A program made the position numbers and the translations under genes. From NCBI GenBank assembly GCA_033764875.1, contig JANRIO010000011.1:6405-70404 (forward strand): 64,000 nucleotides of DNA, read 5' to 3'. Under the pieces are notes generated by a model. The model ran no database searches. It saw only the letters and a program-made list of their open reading frames with translations, and was not told the origin of the DNA. This document shows positions 10,881 through 19,067 of this stretch, piece by piece (the stretch's first letter is position 1; the number at the start of each line of letters is the position of its first letter). This DNA comes from Hyphomicrobiaceae bacterium. Its GTDB lineage: Bacteria > Pseudomonadota > Alphaproteobacteria > Rhizobiales > Hyphomicrobiaceae.

Positions 10881-11355
10881 AGAAGAGGGGGCGCATCTCC
10901 TATCCCCGCTCCTGCGGACGGTGAGACAATGCCCCCATCGCCGCCCACGAGGGAGTGCTCTCGCGAGGCATTTCGAGCGGACGGGCGGCGGGACGTCGGA
11001 CGGAGGGCCCTTCTCGCCGTGGCGGCTGATCGCCCACCGCCTGCCCGGGAAAGAACGTGAGCCGGACATGGCTCGCCTGGTACCCGTGCCCGGGCGCCGT
11101 CACGACGTCGCGGGGCGTGGACGCCCTCTCTTGCACATGAGCCTGGCCGAAGCGCCCCGCTCCCTCACTCCCATCCCCCGGACGTCGCGGCGTGCCGGGC
11201 GATTGGCGTGCGCGGCGTCCAAGGCTACTTGATCCGGCTGCAGCTCTTCCCTTTCGGTGCCCCCAATACAGGTCAATCGACGTCGGGCGCAGCTGGCAGA
11301 CAATTGTGTCTGGCGGTGCTCGTGCCGTAGACGCAGCTCGCATCCTTCGGCAGCA

Positions 11356-12837
11356 CTACCCCCTGAACTCCATGGTGCCGTCCTCGAGCCGGCCGAAGTG
11401 CAGGGAGAAGAGGTCGAGGGCGTAGTTCTGGTAGAGGCGCCACGGCCGCTTCGAGCCCTGCTTCGGCATCCGCGCCGCCGCCCGCTGCACGTAGCCCGAG
11501 GTGAAGTCGACCCACGGCTCGGCCGTCACGGTCGGATCGGTGCGCCGCGGCGTGCACTGCCGGTAGCCCTTGCGGTCCATCAGGTTGAGCAGCCGGCACA
11601 CGTACTCGCACGTCAGGTCGCACTTGAGCGTCCACGACGCGTTGGTGTAGCCCACCGCGAAGGCGAGGTTGGGCACGTCGGAGTACATCATGCCCTTGTA
11701 GCTCATCAGCTTCGGCAGCTCGACCGGCTTGCCGTCGACGACGATCTCCGCCCCGCCCAGCGGCTGCAGCTCGAGGCCCGTCGCGGTCACGATCAGGTCG
11801 GCGTCGAGGTGCTGTCCGCTCTTGAGCCGGATGCCGGTCTCCTCGAAGGTCTCGATCTCGTCTGTTGCCACCGACACCGAGCCCTTGCGGATCGCCTTGA
11901 ACAGGTCGCCGTCGGGCACCAGGCACACCCGCTGGTCCCACGGCTTGTAGCGCGGCGTGAAATGCCGGGCGACGTCGTAGTCGGGCCCCAGCGCCATCCT
12001 CACCCCGCCCACGATCAACGCCTTGATCTTCTCCGGCTGGCGCTTGCACAGGCGGTAGATGTACATGCCGCGCGCGACGTTCTTCCAGCGCGTGATGCCG
12101 TAGGCGAGCCGCGCCGGCAGCAGGCGCAGGAGCTTCAGCGCCATCGGGTCTTCCGACGGGCGCACCACCATGTAGGTCGGCGAGCGCTGCAGCATGGTCA
12201 CGTGCCGGGCCGTCTCTGCGAGCGCCGGAACCAGCGTCACCGCCGTGGCGCCGGAGCCGATCACCACGACGCGCTTGCCGGCATAGTTGATGTCTTGCGT
12301 CCACGCCTGCGGGTGCACGATCGGTCCCTTGAACCGCGCCTCGCCCGGGAACGCCGGCCGGTAGCCCGCCTCGTACCGGTAGTAGCCCGAGCACATGAAC
12401 AGGAAATTGCAGGTGAACATCGCGCGCGTCTTCGCAGCCCCGTCCGGTCCCTGCTCCGTCTCGACTGTCCAACGCTGCTCCGCCGTCGACCAGGCAGCCC
12501 GCTTCACCCGCGTGTTGAAGCGGATCTTGCGGTCGATGCCGTGCTCGGCGGCCGCCTCCCGCACGTAGCTGAGGATCGATGCGCCGTCGGCGATGGCCTT
12601 GCGCCCCAGCCACGGCTTGAACGCGTAGCCGAGCGTGTACATGTCGGAATCGCAGCGGATGCCGGGATACCGGAACAGGTCCCAGGTGCCGCCGATGCTG
12701 CCGCGCCCCTCCAGCAGGACGAACGACTTCTGCGGGCAGTGCTTGGCGAGATGATAGCCCGCCCCGATGCCGGACAGGCCCGCGCCCACCACGATCACGT
12801 CGAAATGCTCAGTCACGCTCGTTCCCTCTCGCGGCAT
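11356..12837 (-). CDS. Flavin-dependent Baeyer-Villiger-type monooxygenase (EthA-like)
   Basis: GAGLSG and GSGATA Rossmann motifs, GGTW, and the BVMO fingerprint FKGPIVHPQAW (FxGxxxHxxxW). Confidence 0.8.
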   Translation of the reverse strand: MPREGTSVTEHFDVIVVGAGLSGIGAGYHLAKHCPQKSFVLLEGRGSIGGTWDLFRYPGIRCDSDMYTLGYAFKPWLGRKAIADGASILSYVREAAAEHGIDRKIRFNTRVKRAAWSTAEQRWTVETEQGPDGAAKTRAMFTCNFLFMCSGYYRYEAGYRPAFPGEARFKGPIVHPQAWTQDINYAGKRVVVIGSGATAVTLVPALAETARHVTMLQRSPTYMVVRPSEDPMALKLLRLLPARLAYGITRWKNVARGMYIYRLCKRQPEKIKALIVGGVRMALGPDYDVARHFTPRYKPWDQRVCLVPDGDLFKAIRKGSVSVATDEIETFEETGIRLKSGQHLDADLIVTATGLELQPLGGAEIVVDGKPVELPKLMSYKGMMYSDVPNLAFAVGYTNASWTLKCDLTCEYVCRLLNLMDRKGYRQCTPRRTDPTVTAEPWVDFTSGYVQRAAARMPKQGSKRPWRLYQNYALDLFSLHFGRLEDGTMEFRG

Positions 12838-12942
12838 GCGGTCTTTCCGCCGCCCTTGCCCTTTACGTCAAACGTATAGTATCGCCGGGCAGGGAAGGAA
12901 ATGCTCAAGGCTCGCTGCACGAGCCCAAGGAGGCCGCGGAAG

Positions 12943-13821
12943 ATGACGCACATCCATGGCGCAGCCGCGCTGGTGACCGGCGCCGCCAACGGCATCGGCA
13001 GGGCGCTGGCCTTGGAGCTGGCGGCCCGCGGCGCCTCCGTCGCCCTCGCCGACCGGGACGAGGCCGGCCTCAAGGCCGCGGCGGAGGAGGTGGCCCGTGC
13101 CCATCCGCGCAAGGTGACGTGGCACCCCGTCGACGTCTCGAGGGCCGCCGACGTCGAGGGCCTCGCCAAGGCCGTCGTCGCCGAGCACCCGGGCCTCAAC
13201 ATCGTCGTCAACAACGCCGGCGTCGCGCTGTTCGGCCAGTTCCACGAGGTCAGCCAGGCCGACATGGAGTGGCTGATGGGCATCAACTTCTGGGGCGTGG
13301 TCTACGGCTGCCGCGCCTTCCTGCCCCATCTGCAGAGGCAGCCTGCGGCCCACATCGTCAACACCTCGAGCATCTTCGGCATCATCGCGCCGCCTGGCCA
13401 GACCTCCTACGCCGCCGCCAAGTTCGCCGTGCGCGGCTTCTCCGAGGCCCTGCGCCACGAGCTCGCCGTGAGCAAGAGCCCGGTGCGCCTCACCGTCGTG
13501 CATCCGGGCGGCGTCGCCACGCGGATCGCCCGCGAATCCCGCGTCGGCGCCTTCGCCACCGACAACAAGCGCCGCGCCGAGGGCATCGAGCGCTTCGAGG
13601 CCATGGTGCAGACGAGTCCGCAAGACGCGGCGATCCGCATCGCCGAGGGCATCGAGGCCGACGCGCCGCGCGTGCTGATCGGCAAGGATGCGCGCCGCAT
13701 GGACCTGCTGCAGCGCTTCAAGCCGGCCACCTACTGGGCAACCATCGCCAAGAGCCTCGAGAGGACGGTTGCCAAGGCGATGGCCAGGAAGGGCGCGACC
13801 ACTCCGGCGAGACGGCCATGA
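12943..13821 (+). CDS. Short-chain dehydrogenase/reductase (SDR)
   Basis: TGAANGIGRA cofactor motif, NNAG, and YAAAK catalytic Y-x3-K. AAGGAGG lies 9 nt upstream of the ATG at 12943. Confidence 0.85.
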   Translation: MTHIHGAAALVTGAANGIGRALALELAARGASVALADRDEAGLKAAAEEVARAHPRKVTWHPVDVSRAADVEGLAKAVVAEHPGLNIVVNNAGVALFGQFHEVSQADMEWLMGINFWGVVYGCRAFLPHLQRQPAAHIVNTSSIFGIIAPPGQTSYAAAKFAVRGFSEALRHELAVSKSPVRLTVVHPGGVATRIARESRVGAFATDNKRRAEGIERFEAMVQTSPQDAAIRIAEGIEADAPRVLIGKDARRMDLLQRFKPATYWATIAKSLERTVAKAMARKGATTPARRP

Positions 13822-14732
13822 GCTGGCAGGCCTGGGCGCTGGGCGCCGCCTTCCGCGTCTTCCTCAAGCGCCAGTCGGACAAACCGCTCAACCTGCCGCT
13901 GCTGCGCGCCTCCATGCGCAATCCGCCGCGCCGCGCCCTGCGCATCCCCGAGGACATCTCCGTCACGCCGCACCGCACCGAGAGCGGCCTCGACTTCGAG
14001 GTGGTCGACCGCAAGCACGCGTCCCAGCCTACGCCTGCCGCGCTCGTCCTCTATCTGCACGGCGGCGGCTACTTCTACGGCTCGCCGCGCACCCATCGCC
14101 AAGCCCTGATCGGCATGGCCAGGGCCGTCGCCGCGCCGGTCTGGGGGCTCGACTATCGCCTGGCGCCCGAGCATCCCTTCCCGGCCGCGGTCGAGGACGC
14201 GGTGGCTGCCTATCGCTGGCTGGCGGCCGCCTACCCGCACGCGCGCATTCTGCTGGCGGGCGATTCCGCCGGCGGCGGCCTTGCCATCGTGACCGCGCTC
14301 GAGGTGGTTGCAGCGGGCCTTCCTCCGCCCGCCGGCATCGTCGCATTTTCGCCCTGGACGGACCTCGCCGCCACCGGCGCCTCCGTCGACACCAACGCCC
14401 GCTCCTGCGCCATGTTCAGGCCCGACGGCCTGCGCCGGGCGGCCGACGTCTATCTCGCCGGCCACGATCCGCGCGATCCCCGCGCCTCCCCCCTCTACGG
14501 CGATCTGGCCGCCCTGCCGCCCATGCTGCTGTTTGCCAGCCGCCACGAGCTCTTGGCTGACGACACGCTGCGCCTCGTCGACAGGGCCAAGGCCGCCGGC
14601 GTCGCCGTCGAGCTCGTGCTGCGCGACCGCCTGCTGCACGTCTGGCCGATCTTCGTGCACCTGCTGCCGGAGGCGCGCGAGGCCATGCACGACGTCACGG
14701 CCTTCGCGCGACGCATCGGCCTGCGCGCCTGA
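13818..14732 (+). CDS. Alpha/beta-hydrolase fold-3 esterase/lipase (HSL family IV)
   Basis: HGGGY oxyanion motif and GDSAGG nucleophile motif. There is an ATGA start/stop overlap with the SDR gene. Confidence 0.85.
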   Translation: MSWQAWALGAAFRVFLKRQSDKPLNLPLLRASMRNPPRRALRIPEDISVTPHRTESGLDFEVVDRKHASQPTPAALVLYLHGGGYFYGSPRTHRQALIGMARAVAAPVWGLDYRLAPEHPFPAAVEDAVAAYRWLAAAYPHARILLAGDSAGGGLAIVTALEVVAAGLPPPAGIVAFSPWTDLAATGASVDTNARSCAMFRPDGLRRAADVYLAGHDPRDPRASPLYGDLAALPPMLLFASRHELLADDTLRLVDRAKAAGVAVELVLRDRLLHVWPIFVHLLPEAREAMHDVTAFARRIGLRA

Positions 14733-14832
14733 CGGTCTCACGTCGCGGCTGCCGTGACGGGTTGCGGGACGGCGTGCCGAGCGCTTAGTCTCGCCTCACG
14801 CCAACGAAACGCCTCAGGGATGGAGACGCACG

Positions 14833-15873
14833 ATGAAGCTAGGCCTGCTCATGGGCTATTCCGGCCGCAAGATCAATCTGCCGCTGGACGCCATCCGGCA
14901 CGCGGAGAGGATCGGCTACGACAGCGTCTGGACGGCCGAGGCCTACGGCAACGACGCCGTCACGGCCGCCACCTGGATCCTCGCCCACACCAAGACCATC
15001 AAGGTCGGCACCTCCATCATGCAGATGCCGGCGCGCACGCCCGCCATGGCCGCCATGACGGCGATGTCGCTGGCGCAGCTGTCCGGCGACCGCTTCATCA
15101 TCGGCGTCGGCGCCTCGGGTCCGCAGGTGGTGGAGGGCTGGCACGGCGTGCCCTATGGCAAGCCCGTCACGCGCCTCAAGGAATACGTCCAGATCATGCG
15201 CAAGATCTTCGAGCGCCAGGACGCCCTCTCCTTCGACGGCAAGGAGTACCAGATCCCCTATCGCGGCCCCGGCTCCACCGGCCTCGGCAAGCCCTTGAAG
15301 AGCATCGTCCACGTCGACAAGCCGATCCCGATCTACGCCGCCACCCTGACGCCCGCCGGCGTCGCCGCCGCCGCGGAGGTGGCCGACGGCTTCTTCCCCG
15401 TCTGGATGGACCCCGAGCAGTACAAGGTCTTCGCCGAGCCCATCGAGAAGGGCTTCGCCGCCGCCGGCGGGGGCAAGTCGCTCGACAGCTTCGCCATCTG
15501 CCCGTTCGTGACCGCCGTGATGGGCGACGACGTCGCCCAGTGCATGGCCCCGATCAAGGCCAGCATGGCGCTCTACATCGGCGGCATGGGCGCCAAGGGC
15601 AAGAACTTCTACACCGACTACGCGACCAGGCTCGGCTTCGGCGAGGCCGCGGCCAAGATCCAGGACCTCTATCTGGCCGGAAGGAAGGACGAGGCCACGG
15701 CCCTGGTGCCCGACGCGCTCGTCGACGCCTGCCACCTCGTGGGGCCGGCGGCGCGCATCAAGGAGCGCACCCAGCGCTGGATCGCGGCCGGCAAGAGCAA
15801 GCACGTGCATTCCATGCTGGTCCGCTCCGACGACCCCAAGCTCCTCGAGCTGCTGGCCAAGGAGATGCTGTAG
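14833..15873 (+). CDS. Luciferase-like monooxygenase, LLM class F420-dependent-oxidoreductase-like
   Basis: MKLGLLMGYSG...YDSVWTAEAYGNDAVT...GVGASGPQVVEGWHG pattern typical of the Rv3520c-like LLM subgroup. Confidence 0.75.
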   Translation: MKLGLLMGYSGRKINLPLDAIRHAERIGYDSVWTAEAYGNDAVTAATWILAHTKTIKVGTSIMQMPARTPAMAAMTAMSLAQLSGDRFIIGVGASGPQVVEGWHGVPYGKPVTRLKEYVQIMRKIFERQDALSFDGKEYQIPYRGPGSTGLGKPLKSIVHVDKPIPIYAATLTPAGVAAAAEVADGFFPVWMDPEQYKVFAEPIEKGFAAAGGGKSLDSFAICPFVTAVMGDDVAQCMAPIKASMALYIGGMGAKGKNFYTDYATRLGFGEAAAKIQDLYLAGRKDEATALVPDALVDACHLVGPAARIKERTQRWIAAGKSKHVHSMLVRSDDPKLLELLAKEML

Positions 15874-15920
15874 GCTCCAGGCGCCTCACCCAGCTCCGAG
15901 CGGCAGCAATGCCGCTTCGG

Positions 15921-16276
15921 GGCGCCTCCCAATGCCAGGCTCCGCCCTCTCCGCCTGCGCTCCCGCCCGAGCGGCAGCGAGCGCCAGGATCTTCCCCGGT
16001 GGCGATGGTGCGAGGCGTGCAAGGGTCCCGGATCGTCGTGCTGGCGCACGCCGTCCGGGAAGGCATCCCAGGGGGCGTGCAGTCGCGGCTGTCACGGAGC
16101 CCGCGATGCGTCTCCATCCGGGAGCGCCTCCCAATTCCAGGCACCGCCCTCTCCGCCTGCGTTCCCGGCCGATCGGCAGCGAGAGCCGGGATCCTTCCCG
16201 GTGGCGAAGGAGCGTGGCATGTGAAGATCCCGGATCGGCGTGCTGGCCCACGTCGTCGGGGACGGCATTCGGCACC
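15921..16276 (+). repeat. Structured ~130-bp interspersed repeat, locus B (2 tandem units)
   Basis: Units at about 15945-16075 and 16147-16276, each preceded by a CCTCCCAAT(G/T)CCAGGC leader. Same orientation as loci A and C. Confidence 0.85.
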
Positions 16277-16538
16277 CATGCGGTGTGCGCCTCCTGCTCC
16301 TGCGCATCCGGCCGGCGCTGACGCCGGCCGGATGTTGCGCTCCCGTGCGACGCCCGCGGCGCGGCGCCTGGCGGATTGGCGGAGGAGGTCCCGGCGTGCG
16401 GTGCGATTCCGGTTGTCATTGATTGGTCATGCGGGGCTTGCTGGCGTCAATCGCGATCCGGTACAGATGGTTTCGTTGAATGGAATGCCCGGAGAAAATG
16501 GTCCTTGGCCGATCCGGCGCGGGATTGGGGAGCAACGT

Positions 16539-17378
16539 ATGCAGAAGAGAAGCCGTGCGCCGCGCGCCGCTCGCTCGCAGGCCCAGCTGAAGGACGCCAG
16601 CCGCCGCGCCCGCCCGGCCGTCGAGCGCACGCTGCTGCTCTTGGAGTCGCTGGCCCGCTCCGGCAAGCCGAGCGCCCTGAAGGAGCTGTCGCTCATGCGC
16701 GATATTCCCCAGACGACGGCGTTCCGCCTCTGCCAGCGGCTGGAGGAGCAGGGCTTCCTGGCGCGCGAGCACACGAGCCGCCGCTACACCATCGGCGTCC
16801 GCCTGATGCGGCTCGGCCTCGACATCGTGCGTGCGAGCGGGCCCTCGCTGCTGCGCAACAAGATCCTGTCGGAGGTGGTCGCGGCGATCGGGGAGACCTG
16901 CAACCTCACCGTCCCCTTCGGCCACGAGGTGCTCTATCTCGACCGGGTCGAGACGGCCTGGCCCTTGCGTCTCGTGCTGGAGCCCGGCTCGCGCGTGCCC
17001 CTGCACTGCACGGCGAGCGGCAAGCTGTTCCTGGCCAGCATGTCCGACGAGATGCGCGAGACCATGCTGGCGAGCCTGACGCTGACTGAGAGCACGCCCA
17101 GGACCATCGTCGCCGTCCCCGCGCTGCGCCGCGAGCTCGCCCGCATCAGGAAGCGGGGCTATGCCATCGACAACGAGGAGTTTCTCGCCGGTCTCGTCGC
17201 CATCGCCGTGCCGGTGAAGGATGCGCAGGAGCGCACCTTCGCCGCGGTCGCCTGCCACGCCCCGCTGGCGCGCATCGACCTCGACGGTCTCGTCCGCGCC
17301 ATGCCGCGCCTGCAGCAGGCCGCCCGCAAGATCGCCCGCACCTTCGACGCCACCGCCGAGGACCGCGCCGAGGCCTAG
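16539..17378 (+). CDS. IclR-family transcriptional regulator
   Basis: N-terminal wHTH (VERTLLLLESLARSGKPSALKELSLMRDIPQTTAFRLCQRLEEQGFL) plus an IclR effector domain. It is the 3' part of the track ORF 14754-17378. Confidence 0.85.
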   Translation: MQKRSRAPRAARSQAQLKDASRRARPAVERTLLLLESLARSGKPSALKELSLMRDIPQTTAFRLCQRLEEQGFLAREHTSRRYTIGVRLMRLGLDIVRASGPSLLRNKILSEVVAAIGETCNLTVPFGHEVLYLDRVETAWPLRLVLEPGSRVPLHCTASGKLFLASMSDEMRETMLASLTLTESTPRTIVAVPALRRELARIRKRGYAIDNEEFLAGLVAIAVPVKDAQERTFAAVACHAPLARIDLDGLVRAMPRLQQAARKIARTFDATAEDRAEA

Positions 17379-17387
17379 GGTCCGGAC

Positions 17388-17600
17388 TCAATTGAGCCAC
17401 CAGATTAGGGCGGCGGCGATGAGGGTACCTGCGAGGAAGTTGCGCGCGAGCTTGTCATAGCGGGTGGCGATGCGTCGATAGTCCTTCAAGCGGCAGAACA
17501 TGCGTTCGACGAGATTTCTCTGCCGGTACGCCCGCGCGTCATGGGGGATGGGCACTTTTCGACTTGCCGTCGAAGGGATGACGGCTGTGGTTTGCTGAGC
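17388..17600 (-). mobile_element. Truncated IS5-family (IS427-group-like) transposase remnant, C-terminal ~67 codons only
   Basis: ...AVIPSTASRKVPIPHDARAYRQRNLVERMFCRLKDYRRIATRYDKLARNFLAGTLIAAALIWWLN* is the typical DDE transposase C-terminus. The upstream part is replaced by repeat locus C. Confidence 0.75.
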
Positions 17601-17660
17601 CGCGAGCAAGTCGCGCAGACTATTGGCGGGCCACTCTCCGCACACCGTCCCGGCCGAAGC

Positions 17661-18268
17661 GCCTTCCAATCCCAGCCACCTCCCTCTCCGCCTGCCTTCC
17701 CGGCCGAGCGGCAGTGAGAGCCGGGATCTTTCCCGGTTGCAATAGACCGCGGCGGGTAAGGATCCCGGATCGTCGTGCTCGCGCACGACGTCCGGGAAGG
17801 CATGTGGAGAGGGGCGTGCGCTCGCGGCGGCCGTCAGTGATGGAGCGAAGGTGCGCCTGACAGCAGACGTCTTGCCGGCGGCAGGCCACCTCCCTCACCG
17901 CGTGCCTTCCCGGCCGAGCGGCAGCGAGAGCCGGGATCTTTCCCGGTGGCGAAAGAACGCGGCGGGTGAAGATCCCGGATCGCCGTGCTCGCGCACGCCG
18001 TCCGGGAAGGCACGTGGAGAGGGCGTGCCCTCGCGGCGGCCGTGGGCCCGCGGAGGCCTCTCGACCCGGGCGTCTGCCACGGCCCAGAGGATGCATCCCT
18101 GTCGGGGGCCTTCCCAATTCCAGGCTCCGCCCTCTCCACATGCGTTCCCGGCCGAGCGGCAGCGAGAGCCGGGATCCTTCCCGGTGGCGAAAGAGCGCGG
18201 CGCGCGAGGCGCCCGCATCGCCGTGCGCGCGCGCCGTCCGGGATGGCGTCCGGAAGCGGAGCGAGGCC
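17661..18268 (+). repeat. Structured ~130-bp interspersed repeat, locus C (3 units)
   Basis: Units at about 17682-17813, 17892-18023 and 18130-18268. Each has 22-nt terminal inverted arms (CCCTCTCCGCCTGCCTTCCCGG / CCGGGAAGGCATGTGGAGAGGG) enclosing 2-3 hairpins. Confidence 0.9.
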
Positions 18269-18364
18269 CGACCGCCTCGCCGGTCCTTGCCGAAGCGGCC
18301 GGGCACTTGCTCCGCCGCCCGTCACGCCGTAACGCTGCGTGAGCGGATCAGGGAGGCGGAAGGC

Positions 18365-18955
18365 ATGGCAGGCGCGGCGGCCGGCATCATCTTTGCGATC
18401 GGGCTCGTGGTTGCGGGCCTGCTGGTGGCGCTTCTGCTGGCCACGCTCGTGTGGCCGCCGTTGCGCATCTGGCCGACGCCGGGCGAGCGGAGCTGGCAGA
18501 GCTTCGTGTTCTGGCCGCTGTTCCGCGGCCTCAACGGGCTCGCCGTCCTTTCCGCCGTGACGACCTGGCCGGGTGGCGCTGTGGGGTTGCCCGTCTGGCT
18601 GCGCGGCCTCGCGGCGCTGCTGCTGGCGGCCTCCGTCGCCGTCTTCGTCTACGCCTTCCGCGTGCTCGGCCGCGACAACAGCTACGGCGCCACCGAGGGC
18701 CTGGTGACGGCCGGCATCTACCAGTGGTCGCGCAACCCGCAGAACGCCATGCTGATCCTGGTCTACGCCGCGCTCGCCGTCGCCGCCGACAGCGGCCCCA
18801 CCTACGTCCTGGCGGGCGCTACCGTGCTCGTCTACTGGCTGATGGTCCTGCTCGAGGAGCCCTGGCTCGCGGCGAAGTACGGTGTGGCCTACGAGGCCTA
18901 TTGCGCGTCCGTGCCGCGCCTCTTCAACTGGCGGCGGCTGCTGGGGAGCAGGTGA
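18365..18955 (+). CDS. Polytopic membrane methyltransferase-family protein (ICMT/PEMT-like)
   Basis: Several predicted TM helices and a GIYQWSRNPQN motif resembling the ICMT/PEMT RHPxY region. Confidence 0.55.
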   Translation: MAGAAAGIIFAIGLVVAGLLVALLLATLVWPPLRIWPTPGERSWQSFVFWPLFRGLNGLAVLSAVTTWPGGAVGLPVWLRGLAALLLAASVAVFVYAFRVLGRDNSYGATEGLVTAGIYQWSRNPQNAMLILVYAALAVAADSGPTYVLAGATVLVYWLMVLLEEPWLAAKYGVAYEAYCASVPRLFNWRRLLGSR

Positions 18956-19067
18956 GGTCCCGCTGCCGGGCAGTGCGCGCGCCGCAGCGTCGCTCGACGC
19001 GAGAGGGGAACGGGCCGCTTGCGCGGCCCGTCGATTGCATTCGGCCTCCGCGATCTCGCCCCGGCGC

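Noticed and set aside
10720-11232. 170-aa ORF (and the overlapping minus-strand ORFs) as a real gene in the gap after the acyl-CoA ligase
   Set aside because: The translation is dominated by repeat-derived PSPRPYGERARVRG / SPRKRGEGEE strings from the REP hairpins and has no domain-like composition.
17661-18268. Possible CRISPR array (regularly recurring sequence blocks)
   Set aside because: The units are about 130 bp with internal hairpins and variable spacing of 70-110 bp, and only three occur in a row. There is no 25-40-bp repeat/spacer periodicity and no cas genes anywhere in the window.
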